In this document: one piece after another, positions 31,903-43,550 of the stretch
Numbering within the stretch: the stretch's first letter is position 1
How the letters are laid out: the number at the start of each line of letters is the position of its first letter
NCBI GenBank assembly: GCA_963833985.1
Contig: CAWIAD010000001.1
Coordinates: 2,240,001 to 2,304,000 of the forward strand
Reading direction: 5' to 3'
DNA length: 64,000 bases
Source of the DNA: an uncultured Planctomycetaceae bacterium
Lineage (GTDB): Bacteria > Planctomycetota > Planctomycetia > Isosphaerales > Isosphaeraceae
The notes under the pieces: model-generated
The model's database searches: none
What the model was told of the DNA's origin: nothing
The model's input: the letters and a program-made list of their open reading frames with translations, nothing else
Program-made: the position numbers and the translations under genes

Positions 31903-32371
31903 CAATCACCCGTGAGCCGTCGTGGTGCCGCGGTCATCTCGCAATCGCTCCCTCCTTAAATCTACACCACACTTCGGTTGATCTCAAGCCTTTCATGGCT
32001 GCATGCATGCTGGCTTCAGGGGCGACTTTGGGTTGGGCGATTGCTTCCTTACCGGTATTGACGACCTGTGCCCCGCCCGTCGCGTTGATGAGCCTGGATT
32101 GTTGACGTGCGCGAACTGTCGAATGCGACCCCCAGAGTGGAGGCTTTGCTCGATCTGAGCTGTGCGGTCGAATTCAGAACCTTGCCCGTTTTTTCTCCGG
32201 TTCGGTTCGCGATTTGAGAAAAAAGGGCGGAGATCAGTATAGAATAAATGACGAGCTTCACGGCGGGTCAACTCAAGGTGTGGGCCCGCCGTCCCCTGAT
32301 CATCGAGCCTGGTTCACCAGATCCGTGAGGTCGAGCATGCCCGTGTCTGACGTCGCGGTGGAGTTTCAGCC

Positions 32372-34895
32372 ATGAACCGAGGAAGCGTGCTGGGATGGGT
32401 CTTGCTGTTCTTGATCAGTGCCAGACCGGCAGCCGCGATGCCTCTCCAGGATCCGGCGGCTTCGGGTACCGGCGGTGCGGGGGGGGTGGCCACGGACGCC
32501 GGCAGCAATGACCCGGCTCCAAAACCCTCCGATCGCGTGGCCCAGATGGAAAACCAGCCCATCCGGCCGCTCACGGAGGGCCCGCTGCACGAGGCCTTCC
32601 TCTCGCCCCGCAAGGATCGTAACCCGGTTCATGTCGTCAAGGCACCCCCGGCACAGATCAGCGAACGGCCCGCGATCGATCCCCCCAGCGCCAATGCTCA
32701 GTGGATCGAAGGCTACTGGGAGTGGGACCCCGGCCGCAAGGATTACGTCTGGGTCACAGGCACCTGGCGGGTGCCTCCGCCGGGAAGGTTCTGGGTCAAC
32801 GGCTACTGGAAGCGCGACGAAAGCGGCTGGTACCGTGTCCCCGGTTTCTGGAGCGACCGCAAGACCGATCGGATCGATTACCGCAAGAACGGCCCCCCCC
32901 GGGAACGCCTGGACGACGACCCGGGCGAGCCGCCTGCGCCGGACTGCTTCTATGTGCCGGGACAGTATTATCCAGACAAGGACGGCGTGGTCTGGAAGAA
33001 GGGCTTCTGGGCCAGGGTGCAGCCGGGATGGGCGTGGGTGCCCGCAAACTGGATTCGCCAGCCGGAGGGGTGGAGCTTCCAGGAGGGATACTGGGACCGT
33101 ACGCTCGAAGATCGCGGCACACTGTTCGCCCCCGCCGAAGTCAGCAAGTCGGCAAAGGCCAGCGATGACCTGACGTATCAACCCTACACCAAGATTTCTC
33201 CCGAACTGTACGGTCAGCTCTACGGCGGGTTCGGTCGGCCAAATTCGTACTACGACGGGTATCCTGGCGTTTACTACGACGAGACGGGCCGTTTCTACGG
33301 CTATGCCAACTACGGTAACATCGACGGATACTACGGCTACCTCGATTACCCCTACTACGGCGGCGACGGCTATCCTTACTACGCCCAGCCGATCAGCTAT
33401 GGCGGCTACGGCGAGTATGGCGGCTACGGCGGGTATGGCGGCTACGGCGGATATGGCGGCTACGGTCTGTGCGGCGGACTGCTCAGCAGCATTTACGGCT
33501 TCGGATACGGCTATCCCTACTACGGCCTGTACGGGCTGGGTGGATATGGCGGCTTCGGCTATGGCGGGCTCGGATTCGGGGGGCTCGGGTACGGCGGCTT
33601 CGGTTATGGGGGCCTCGGGTACGGCGGGCTCGGATACGGCGGCTTCGGTTATGGGGGCCTTGGGTACGGCGGCTTCGGTTATGGGGGCCTCGGGTACGGC
33701 GGGTTTGGCTTTGGATATCCCTTCGGCTTCGGGCTTGGCTTCGGCTATCCGTTCTACGGGTTCGGTCTCGGGTTTGGATTTCCGTTCTTCGGTTTTCCGT
33801 TCCTGGGGCTGAATGGCTTCCCTTACGGCTACGGTCTGGGATATGGGTACGGCCGCTTTGGAAATCACTATCCCTACGGCGGCAACTACCACCACCACAT
33901 GGGAGGCAACGGCAACGGCAATGGAATGCGGGGCAACGGTAACGGCAACGGGAATCAGAACGGGCGCGGGAACGGCAACCAGGGCGGTGGAAACGGCCGG
34001 AACGGCGGATGGGCGCGGGCAATTCCAGCAGCGTGGTCAGGAATGGCGGGCAAGGAATGAACCGCGGGTCGCTGGCCTCGCGCGGAGGCGTGCGTACGCC
34101 GCCGTCCTCGCACGCGTACGGCAATCCATTTGGTCATCAGAACAGCGGCGTCTCGCGAGCCGTCGGTCGGGGCGGCACGGGGCAGGTTCAGCACGCCACC
34201 ACGATGGCCTCGCACAGCGGCTCGTTCCATTCCTCCTTCAACGGCGTCCATGCGGCCTCCTCGATTCACACCGCGGCGCGGCCGAGTTATTCCGGCGGTG
34301 CCGCGAGCCTCGGAGGCCACCAGGGCCTGGGGGGTAATCTTGGTCAAGCCGGCGGCGCCGGCCTGACGCACGGAGCGGCCGTTGCCAACGGGCTCGGAGC
34401 GGGCCGGGTGGCGCAGGCGGCCTGGGAGGCGGCTCGGGACTCGCGGCGGGCCGAGCGATCGGAGGGATGGCGGGAGCGGGTGCCGCCGGGCCAGGCGTGG
34501 GACATTCCACGGGCATGCCAGGAGGTGCAATCGGCGGCCACTCGCCCATGGCCGGGATGGGCGGCGGTCAAATGGGCGCTGGGGCACCATTGGGCGGGAT
34601 GGGCGGCGGCCACATGGGCGCTGGGGCAGCAGTGGGCGGGATGGGCGGCTATCCAGGGGGCGGACTGGGTGGCGGCGGATTCCGCGGCGCCCCGATGGGA
34701 GGCTACGGCGGGGTTGGCGGTGCTCACCTCGGTGGAGGCTTTGGAGGCTACGGCGGCATGGGTGGCATGGGAGGCTTTAGTGGAGGCCACATGGGCGGCA
34801 TGGGCGGCGGCCACATGGGTGGCATGGGCGGCGGCCACATGGGCGGCATGGGCGGCGGCCACATGGGTGGCGGCGGGGGTGGCGGGCACCGCTAA
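32372..34895 (+). CDS. Secreted YXWGXW-repeat protein with long Gly/Tyr-, Gly/Asn- and Gly/Met/His-rich tail; frameshifts at ~34010 and ~34408
   Basis: Signal peptide; WIEGYWEW, YVWVTGTW, FWVNGYW, VWKKGFW, WVPANW, FQEGYW; GYGG[F/L] repeats. ORFs 32372, 34009 and 34467 join into one Gly-rich reading ending GGGHR*. Confidence 0.75.
33395..33720 (+). repeat. GYG / GYGG[FL] coding tandem repeats (9-, 15- and 30-nt periods)
   Basis: For example ggcggcttcggttatgggggcct repeated. Confidence 0.85.
34785..34870 (+). repeat. 24-nt coding repeat (HMGGMGGG, 3-4 copies)
   Basis: cacatggg[c/t]ggcatgggcggcggc repeated. Confidence 0.85.
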
Positions 34896-34952
34896 ACGTG
34901 GCGGGGCGAATCCCGCGACGCGCTCCCCTGGACCGGTTTTCGACCGTGGCAG

Positions 34953-36244
34953 CTAGGACCAGACCGGCTGCCCGGTCGATCTCATGACGGCCGTCCAGAG
35001 GTCGCTCGTGAGGTCAAGCTGCCGCCTGCGGGAGATTGTCGTGCTGATCGGCACATGGATCAGCTCGTTGTGCCAGTAACCGATCAACACATCCGTTTTT
35101 CCTGCCATCCCCGCGTGCACGGCCATGCGCGCCATCTGATCGCTGAGGATGCGATCGCCCGTGTTCGCGGGCACGCTGCGGATGTAGTAGCTCGGGTCGA
35201 TGTACTTGAGATTGATCGAAACTCCCCGCCGTTTGAAGTGGCTCTGGATGCGGTCACGGAGGAAGAGGCCAATATCCTCGTGGAGCAGGTTGCCCGATGC
35301 GTCGGTGCGGCCTTCTCGTGACTCCAGCAAGTGCTGACCGGCACCTTCCGCGACCACGACCAGGGCGTGGTTCTTGCCCAGCACCCGCTGCTCCAGGCTG
35401 GCCAGAAAGCCGTCCTCACCGTCAAGCCGGAAGGGCACCTCCGGAATCAGCACGAAATTGGCATCCTGGCTGGCGAGCGCCGCACCTGCCGCGATGAACC
35501 CCGCGTTGCGGCCCATCAGCTTGACAAGCCCGACCCCGTTGGGCGCCCCCGCGCCTCGACGTGAGCGCCGCGGAGCACCTCTTCAGCCTTTTCCAGGGCG
35601 GTGTGGTAACCGAACGAGGTGAACACGAAGCAGATGTCGTTGTCGATGGTCTTGGGTATACCGACGATGGCCTTGGATAGCCCGCGGCGATGAACTTCCT
35701 GGTAGATGGCCGAAGCTCCGCGCTGTGTGCCGTCGCCGCCGACGCAGAACAGCAGATCGATTCTCTCGCGTTCCAGCGTGTCCACGATGACGCCCACATC
35801 CTGGTTGCCGCGCGAGCTTCCCAGCACGGTTCCTCCGAGGTAGTGGATGTTCTCCATGAACTGAGGGTTGAGGTCGACCAGCTTCAGTCCCGAAGCGGGG
35901 GTGAGCCCGAGATACCCGTTCCGCACGCCGAGCACGCGCGGCACCAGGTAGTTGTAGGCCAGCTCGGCATAGACCGAGCGGATCACGTTGTTGAGGCCCG
36001 GTGAAAGTCCTCCGCAGGTGACGACGGCGGCGGAGGTCCGCACCGGATCAAAGAAAATCTTCTGGCGCGGGCCGGACTCCTCAAAAGAGATCGCTTCCAT
36101 GCCGTCGATCCCGGGGCCGCACTTGTGCTGGTAACGGATGCGCGAGGAGTCCGAAATGAAACCCGGATCGCGGAGGCGCACCAGCGGCGACTCGATGGTG
36201 CACGGCCCCAGTGACGTGATCCGCAGTTCGTCAGGCGTGAGCAT
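34953..36244 (-). CDS. pfkA: ATP-dependent 6-phosphofructokinase; frameshift at ~35548
   Basis: VTCGGLSPGLN, LGSSRG, GGDGT, PKTIDNDI, MGRNAG, VAEGAG, KYIDPSY. Restoring one base gives EARGAPNGVGLVKLMGR. Confidence 0.9.
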
Positions 36245-36312
36245 GAGGGCGATCTCCGGGGCCAGCATCGGCTAAAGTCCGTGAAGGGATGAGCCTTCAC
36301 ACGCAGCGAGAG

Positions 36313-37931
36313 CTAGTGGCGGAAGTGTCGGCGGCCGGTCAGCACCATGGCCATCTGGTGCTCGTCGCAAGCGCGGAGGGTGTCGTCGTCTCGCTTCGAG
36401 CCGCCAGGCTGGATTATGGCCGTGATGCCGGCGGCCGCGGCCGCGTCGGGACCGTCGCGAAATGGGAAGAAGGCATCGGAGGCCAGCACAGCGCCGCGTG
36501 CCCGATCGCCGGCCTTGTCGATGGCGATACGCACCGAGTCCAGACGGCTCATTTGCCCCGCCCCCACCCCCAGGAGCTGTCCCTCGCGTGCCACGACGAT
36601 CGCATTCGACTTGACCATGCTGCACACCCGCCAGGCAAAGGCCAGGTCGCGAAGCTCGCTCTCTCCGGGGCTGCGCTGCGTGGCGACCTTTCCCGCGGCC
36701 GGATCGCTCTCAACCTGGTCCCACTCCTGCGCCAGCAGGCCCCCCTCGATGCGCCTCAGGTCCAGGCCTTTCGGCAGCGGATCGGCCGGACCGATCGGCG
36801 TGCCGAGCGCGACCAGGCGAACACTTTTCTTCCAGCTTGGCCGCGTGGTCAGCCACTCGAGTGCGTCGGGCTCGAATCCGGGCGCCAGGATCGCCTCGAG
36901 GAACCGGCCCGGCTGGCACATGCGCCGGGCCGTTGCCAGGTCCACGGTGCGGTTGAGCCCGACGATTCCTCCGAACGCGCTGACGGGGTCACCTTCGTAG
37001 GCCCGCTCGAAGGCGGCCTCCAGCTCGGCGGCGACGGCCGCTCCGCAGGGGTTGTTGTGCTTGAGGACGCAGGCAAACGGCTCGGCGAACATCCGGATAA
37101 GCTTGAGGGCGCTGTCCAGATCGAGCAGATTGTTGTACGACAGCTCCTTTCCATGCAGGACGCTGGCTGCCGCCAGGGTGCCCTTGTGCGCCGGGGGTCG
37201 ATATCCAGGTAGAACGCCGCGGCCTGGTGTGGGTTCTCGCCGTAGCGAAGTCCACGCTCACGCTGAAAGCGAGCGAGCAGGACCGGCGGAAACGGGCCGG
37301 CGGCTTCGGTCTGGAAGCCCGGCTGCTGCTGAAGGTACGCGGCGATGGCCGCGTCGTAGCGGGCCGTCTGGTTGAAGGCCGCCAGTGAAAGCGCCTTGCG
37401 GAACTGACCGGTCGTACCGCCGTGGGCTTGCAGCTCCTCGAGCAACATTGCGTACTGATCGGGGGAAGTCACCACCGCGACGTGGGCGTGGTTCTTGGCT
37501 GCCCCGCGGATGAGCGAAGGACCGCCGATGTCGATGTTCTCGACGGCCTCATCGAAGCTCGCGGCCGGGTCGGCGATGGTCTCCTCGAAGGGATACAGGT
37601 TGACCACCACCAGGTCGATCACATCGATTCCGGATTCTTGAAGCGTTTCGAGATCCCCGGGGAGGTTCCGGCGCGCCAGGATGCCGCCATGGATCCTCGG
37701 GTGCAGCGTCTTCACGCGTCCACCCAGAATCTCTGGTTGCCCGGTGTAGTCGGCGACTTCCCGGACGGGTAATCCGGCGGCCAGCAAGGCGGTACGGGTT
37801 CCACCGCTTCCGAGCAGGGCCACGTTGCGTTCGATGAGCACGCGTGCCAACTCGACCAGACCTGTCTTGTCCGAGACGCTCAGGAGGGCTCGTTGCACGG
37901 GAACGATGTCGGTGGAGACTCGGCTGGGCAT
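36313..37931 (-). CDS. purH: Bifunctional AICAR formyltransferase/IMP cyclohydrolase; frameshift at ~37193
   Basis: ALLSVSDKTG, GRVKTLHP, NLYPF, IDIGGP, LRYGENPHQ; second frame GKELSYNN, KHNNPCG, KSNAIV, GAGQMSR, SDAFFPF, RHFRH*. Confidence 0.95.
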
Positions 37932-37983
37932 GGTTGCTCGATGTTCCGGTAGAGGATCGCGGCCGGTCCGATGGGCAAACCCG

Positions 37984-38035
37984 GGCGGCCTGCACAGTCA
38001 CCAGCGGCCAGGCGCCGGCTGCCGTGCAGGCCGCC
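37984..38035 (-). other. Long GC-rich hairpin in the purH leader
   Basis: ggcggcctgcac (37984-37995) and gtgcaggccgcc (38024-38035) form a perfect 12-bp stem, with further inner pairing. Confidence 0.6.
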
Positions 38036-38106
38036 ATCGAATGTCCATCGATTATGACGCAGACTCTCTCCCAAAACGAGCGGGGACCAGCCACGCCAGG
38101 GGTGCA

Positions 38107-39537
38107 TCAGCCGGGTCCCGGCGCTCCGTCGTCTTTCGGCTTGTCGGCTTTCGGATCCTCCTTGGGAGCACCGGCGTCGGGCGGCGGAGCACCCATCTCT
38201 GGTTCCGCGGGCGCCGCGGCGTCTGCGTCCTGAGCGTTGGGCTTGTCCTTGACGTCCGCCGGTGATCCGGCGGACTTGTCTCCCACGGGCACGCTGACTG
38301 GAGTCAATTTCACGCCTTCTGGCGGGATGTAGCCGAAGGGCAAGGCCTTGGGATCACGCAGCAGTTTGGGTTGCGTGGAGCCAAGCTCGCGCAGTCGCGA
38401 TGACCATACCCGAATCGGTGCCGAAGTAAAGCCGGTCGTCGTACCGGTTCAGCATCGAGAGACCATACTCGCGAAGGTTCAGCCCCGCCCGCTGCCGCGT
38501 GGATGCCGGGTCGGCCAGGGTCCGGCCGCTGGCCCGGTCAATCACGTAAAGGTCGTTGTTCCAGGAACGCAGGTAGATCTTGGAACCGCCGACAGCGACC
38601 AGCCGGGCGCCCAGTGTCAAGGTGGTCCACCGTGCGGCGCCCGTGGCCGGGTCCAGCAAGGTCAGGTAGCCCGCCTGGTTGATCGAGTAGATATCCTCGC
38701 CCGCAACGACCGGCGACTGGTCGATGGGGCCGCCGGAGGAGAAAGTCCAGAGTGGATTCGAGGTCAGCAGGTCCACCGCGTAGAGGTTGTAATCGCCAGA
38801 CGGAATGAGCAGCGTCCTGGTGCCGTAACTTCCCAGGCCCTCCCCGATCGGTCCACCGGTTCGCACCCGGTACAGCGGAGTGCGCTCCGAGTTCATGACC
38901 ACGTAGACACGCCCGTCCGTGCTCCCCAGCGCGGTCACATGCTCGGCGGGCAAGGGAAGAGTGTGGATGGGACCGCTGGTCTGCCAGTTCCAGGCCTCGA
39001 CCGGTTTGGTCCGGATTTTCGTTTCCCCCTTCGGGGTTTTCTCGCGCAGGCTGTATGCGTAAACCTTGCCTTCCATGGTGCCAACCATCACTCGATCTTC
39101 GTCGCAGGACGTACCGCAGGAAGGGATCGTTCCCAGCGAATGCTTCCATACGGGTCTTCCCGTCTGCCGGTCCAGCGCGGTCAGGACGTCGGCCGCCGTT
39201 CCGTAAACGCCGAAAGAGTTCGAGGACACCGGACGTGCCATCGGTGTGAAGGCGCCCAGGTTGACCCACCACATCGACTTCCCGCTGTGAACATCGTAGA
39301 CATGCAAGGAACCGTGGTCGGTCTGGGCAAAAAACAGGTCGGCGCTGCGGCTGATACGCACCAGCCGCTCGGTCGCGTTCAACGGAACCACCACCATCCA
39401 TTGCCGCTCGAGCCCGACGCGCACGGCGCCGTGCGTGAGGGAACCAGGTCCGCCGCATACGGAGACTGCGCTCGAATTGATGGCCCGCCCAAGGTCAGGA
39501 GCGCGACTGCCCAGACCGGAGCAAGACGGCAAAACAT
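38107..39537 (-). CDS. Secreted PQQ-like (BamB-type) beta-propeller protein; frameshifts at ~39430 and ~38393
   Basis: Signal MFCRLAPVWAVALLTLGG; repeats ALDRQTGRPVW, AVDLLTSNPLW, LLDPATGAARW; continues IALRELG..PFGYIPPEG into an acidic tail. Confidence 0.78.
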
Positions 39538-39866
39538 GGACTGTTCCTTTCCGATACCCAGTGGACGCCGGCAACGAGAATCGTCAATCATCCCTAGCCG
39601 ACAGTCCTTGGCTCGTCAAGTTGGGAAGACGGGGGAATATGCCAAAGTTGCGTGATATCCGGAAAAATCCGAATGGAAGCAGGCAGTATCGGGCGTCCGA
39701 CGAGACGGATGCGGCCTGATACGGCACTGTCGAGATGAACGGTGGACCACCGATCCGAGAGACCAGCTCCGGTAGAATTGTAGCGCATTGTTCAAGTGAA
39801 AGCACGCCAGGCGGAAAGGGAATTGCCCGGCTTGTTGCGACCAGACAGTTGCCGCGGCCAACCGCT

Positions 39867-40793
39867 TCAGCCGGCTGGGCCGGCCGCGCCGACCTGACCC
39901 AGGCAAGCGGGACACGCGCTGGCCAGTCCCAGGAAGGGCTGACCACACCGCGGGCAGAGACCGGCGCTGCGGCGGAGGGTCGGCAGCGATGCACGCAGGC
40001 TGGCGCCGTCGGCGGTGTGGCTGAAGGCGTCGGCGATCCGGGTGGCCAGAATGGCGAGCTCGGGCTGGATCTTCCCGCCCCGTAGTCGATTGTGGAGCAG
40101 CCGCAAGAACCAGCGTGAGAGGTCGGCATCGAGATTGGCCGTGGCTTCGTCATCGAGCAGGGGAGCCAGTGACTGATAGAGTTCAAGCACCCGGTCGGCA
40201 TCGCTGACTTCCCGCGCCGCCCTGAGCTGAGCGAGCTGCGCGGTGCGTGCATGAGCCCGCGCCGATTCAGCCTCCGCGCGGAGTGCTTCCAGCCCCGGTT
40301 CACGCGGCTCCGCCTGCTCGCGCGCCTCGAGCAGAGCCATGGCCTCGATCAGGTTGCCGTCCTGGATGAACCGCCGGATCTCCGCGATCGCCTGCCCACG
40401 AGTTGCCGCGGCCCGGACCTCGGCGGTCTCGTCCGCTCCCCAGCCCTGGACCTGGGCCGCGGCGGCGCGCCGGGGCAGCCAGCAGGTCAGGGCGCGCAAC
40501 ACCGAGGCAAGGGTAAGACCGGCCAGCGTGAGCCCGCCGCCGAGGGCAAGCATCCCCAGCAGCCCGGAGAGCCAGCCGCCGGCACTGCCTGCGGCCGCGG
40601 CCACGCTCTCCAACAACAGCCGTGCACCACCCAGCAAACCCACGACGGGCAGTCCCCAGGCCAGCGCCGCGGCCATTCGGTCGACGTCGTCCAGTCGCGT
40701 GCGCAGATCGCTCTCGGGGTCGGAATGGCTTCCGCGCTCTCTGCCGGCAGGGTCGCCGGATTGTGCGTACTGGGGTGGAGCGGCGTCGTTCAT
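39867..40793 (-). CDS. Membrane protein with two TM helices, helical region and C-terminal Zn ribbon
   Basis: Hydrophobic segments; ends LRRSAGLCPRCGQPFLGLASACPAC. Confidence 0.7.
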   Translation of the reverse strand: MNDAAPPQYAQSGDPAGRERGSHSDPESDLRTRLDDVDRMAAALAWGLPVVGLLGGARLLLESVAAAAGSAGGWLSGLLGMLALGGGLTLAGLTLASVLRALTCWLPRRAAAAQVQGWGADETAEVRAAATRGQAIAEIRRFIQDGNLIEAMALLEAREQAEPREPGLEALRAEAESARAHARTAQLAQLRAAREVSDADRVLELYQSLAPLLDDEATANLDADLSRWFLRLLHNRLRGGKIQPELAILATRIADAFSHTADGASLRASLPTLRRSAGLCPRCGQPFLGLASACPACLGQVGAAGPAG

Positions 40794-41032
40794 GGGAGCA
40801 AGATCCTGGCGAACGTTCCGTGATGCGATCAAGGATCGGAACGCTGTTATTATTCCCGGAAAGGCAGGGCAGGGCCATCCTCTCCGTCCACGGCGACCTG
40901 AAGGTGGGTGCGGTACGGAAGGGCGCGGATGAAACGCAAAAGGACCGCCGCGCGAGCGCCTGGGGGCGTACGCATGGCGGTCCTGCGAGCGGGCCATGGG
41001 TCAGGATGAGGGACCTGGCGGCTGCGACGCCG

Positions 41033-41563
41033 TCACGAGCCGAACTGCTTGGCGATCCGGTTGATCGCCGCGGGGGTATCGAGGCTCGATTCGTCCAGGT
41101 GGTAGGACATACTGTAGGCGTCTTCTCCGGTGTCCTCAAAGTGCTCGCGGACAACCTCGGCCGCGCGGAAGCCGGCGACACGGAAGAAGAACTGGGCCGA
41201 CAGGTTGGTCTCGCGCACCAGCAAGGCGATCCGGTTCCGGCGCTGGGTTGAGAGCTTTCCAGCAAGCTTGGCCACCATCTGGCGGCCGATGCCCTGGCGG
41301 CGCATCTGCGGATGGGTGGCGAAGTCGAGGACATGGATCTTGTTGCGGTGCAGTTCATAGATCATGAAGCCGACGATCCGCTCGCCGAGCTCGGCAACCA
41401 TGCCAATGCAGTTCCTCTGGCGGAGCACCCGAAGGAACTCCTCCTCGCACCAGGGGTACTCGAAGCTCGCGTGCTCGATGGCCATCACCTCGGGCATGTC
41501 GCGGCGAATCATCCACCGTATATGCACACGCGTCTGGGCCAGTGGGGTGGGAACCGTGCTCAT
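41033..41563 (-). CDS. rimI: Ribosomal-protein-alanine N-acetyltransferase (GNAT)
   Basis: HIRWMIRRDMPEVMAIE..SFEYPW; RRQGIG; VRETNLSAQFFF..GF; EDAYSM. Confidence 0.85.
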   Translation of the reverse strand: MSTVPTPLAQTRVHIRWMIRRDMPEVMAIEHASFEYPWCEEEFLRVLRQRNCIGMVAELGERIVGFMIYELHRNKIHVLDFATHPQMRRQGIGRQMVAKLAGKLSTQRRNRIALLVRETNLSAQFFFRVAGFRAAEVVREHFEDTGEDAYSMSYHLDESSLDTPAAINRIAKQFGS

Positions 41564-42020
41564 CGAGCCTCCTTCCATGGAACGAACCGAGACGACCGGC
41601 TGCACTCGCGCCCCGGAGCGCTCCGACCGTGCAATCCTAGGTCACCGTCGCCGGCAAAGAGCCGAGGGGACTGGGAATGGAGACGATTCCGTTGGAAATG
41701 CGTCTGTAATGATGCGAGCGATCGCCCCACCGCGAATCAGCATTGCGAGGCGGATTCTAGCGAAGGGGCATCACCCTGCCAAGGTCGCTTCTCCGGTCCG
41801 ACCGTCGGCCGAGGGCCATCCCGCCGCTGGCCCGAAGAGTGTCCCGCACCGCATCGATCGCCGGCATGCGCCCAGCCATTCCGCCTCCCTCGTTCCCCTA
41901 TTATCGACCACGGGGCGACGAATCATGAGGTTTGTGGCAATGACAGCGAATGTGCGGGAACAGGCGTCACGGAGCAGGTGCGCCGGGTTATCGAACCGCT
42001 TCGCAGGGAAGCCGCACCGG

Positions 42021-43115
42021 TCAGAAGCGGCCGAAGGCATACGCGCGATTACAGGCATCGAAGTCGATGTCGCCCAGACCCACGTTCACCTTCAGATCCA
42101 CGTAGGTGTATTCCTCGAGCAAGTCGGCGCAGGCACCCGTGGTGCTGGGCCAGTCGTAGCCCTCGAAGCGGATTGGGAGTTTCAACTCCGAATCGATGAA
42201 GAGCCTCACCTTGTGAAACTGGAAGTCAGGCTTGCGGCGCGGATGAACGGCCTCGACAAGGGAGCAGCGGCGCGGGCCGATCGTCATCTCGTCGTCGAAC
42301 ACCACCACAGATTCCTCGGCACTGAGCTCGGCCACCCAGCGCCGGGCAACCGTGTCGATCAAGGCGCCAATGCCCGCGTCGGTGATCGGATGGCGATTGT
42401 CCTCCATGGCCATGGCCGAGCTCGGTTCAAGCTCCAGCGTCCCGGCCAGAAGTTTCGTGAACCCGACTTCGTGAGCCAGGATCTTGCCGCCGTTCTGCCC
42501 GTCAACAAAAATGGCCTCGCGCCCCTTGCAGGGCGCCACAAATCGGAAGTAGATGCTCCGCGGGTTGCTGCGGGCCTTCATCGACATCACGTAGAGCGGC
42601 GTCATCCGGCCTTCGATTCGCTCCCGCTTGTAAAATGTGCATGTATAATCGGCGACCGTTGTAAACTGGGTCTGGCACGCCTTGATGACTCGCAGCGCCC
42701 GAGCGACCGGGGTCTCATCGATGGTTGCTGCCGAGGGGACGGGACGGGCGGCAATGTCCGCCTTGAGACCGTTTCCGTCAGGGCTGGAACCGGCGTGAGT
42801 GCTCGTCAGACCTGTGGTCAATGCCACTCGCTGTGCGGCCGATGCGGAGGCGCCTACCGGCTTAGAGACGGAAGCTGCCTTGCTCGCCGGCAGTCGCGAA
42901 GGCGGGCTCTTACTGGCATTGGCATTGGCGTTGGCATTGGGGACCGCCGGCCTGGAGCCGTCATCCGCGGAGCGACCGGCAGCCGGCCCGGGTGTCTCGC
43001 ACCATCCCGTGGCTGCCCAGAAGGTTCCGGCAAGGAGCAATACCCTGCAAAGCGTGCCAGCAAGGACAGAGTCGGTGCCTGCCCGGTCCGCAGATTCGCA
43101 TCGGTCGGTCGGCAT
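42021..43115 (-). CDS. DUF1571 domain protein
   Basis: DYTCTFYKRERI, KARSNPRSIYFRF, GREAIF, NRHPITDAGIG, LPIRFEGYDW, LLEEYTY, DFD..NRAYAF. Confidence 0.8.
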   Translation of the reverse strand: MPTDRCESADRAGTDSVLAGTLCRVLLLAGTFWAATGWCETPGPAAGRSADDGSRPAVPNANANANASKSPPSRLPASKAASVSKPVGASASAAQRVALTTGLTSTHAGSSPDGNGLKADIAARPVPSAATIDETPVARALRVIKACQTQFTTVADYTCTFYKRERIEGRMTPLYVMSMKARSNPRSIYFRFVAPCKGREAIFVDGQNGGKILAHEVGFTKLLAGTLELEPSSAMAMEDNRHPITDAGIGALIDTVARRWVAELSAEESVVVFDDEMTIGPRRCSLVEAVHPRRKPDFQFHKVRLFIDSELKLPIRFEGYDWPSTTGACADLLEEYTYVDLKVNVGLGDIDFDACNRAYAFGRF

Positions 43116-43550
43116 GTCTGGTACGCTCCCCACCGCGTATGCCCTGAACTTTGGTTGAACGGCAATCAGACCGGTCGCGGCGCAGAAATCCCGGCGCAAC
43201 TCGAACGAACCGGCTGCAACAGCCGAGCTGCTCACGAGAGGACACGACGATTCTCTGCTCCGGTGATTCGCGCGGTTGAGCGGCTGGAAGCAAGGAGTGG
43301 CCTGAGGTCTTCCAGTCTCCCACCAAAACATTATTCTATCACGCAACTTGTACGCCAACCCGAACTCTCGCGTTTTTTTGGCAGCCCGGGTATGCTCGGC
43401 GTATCAGCCTGCAAACTTGACCGGTTCGACCGAGATGGCCTCATCGCCGGCAAGAGGCGAATGCTCCTTGAGCTTGCCGTTGCAGCCCCGATCTTGTCCG
43501 AGCCCCTGAACCGTCCCCTGGAATCGCTTCGCGCCGCGAAAGGAAAGCCG

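Noticed and set aside
32184..32229. Inverted repeat gcccgttttttctc / gagaaaaaagggc between divergent genes
   Set aside because: It is present but largely A/T homopolymer and lies between divergent starts; no function can be supported.
32366..33898. Long antisense ORFs (this one, 15229..17445, 12182..13555, 47981..49534, 51989..53536 and others)
   Set aside because: They mirror well-supported genes on the other strand and show no recognisable motifs.
33395..34870. CRISPR array or non-coding tandem repeat
   Set aside because: Repeats have periods divisible by three, vary at wobble positions, have no unique spacers and lie within a CDS.
36313..37931. purH, pfkA, leuB-like and other split ORFs as pseudogenes
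   Set aside because: A single small indel restores each break with all motifs intact, which fits assembly error better than decay.
41364..43550. 955-aa ORF 41364..44231 as one protein
   Set aside because: Only the last ~226 aa (MBL hydrolase) look real; the rest is an antisense shadow of rimI and the DUF1571 gene in GC-rich DNA.
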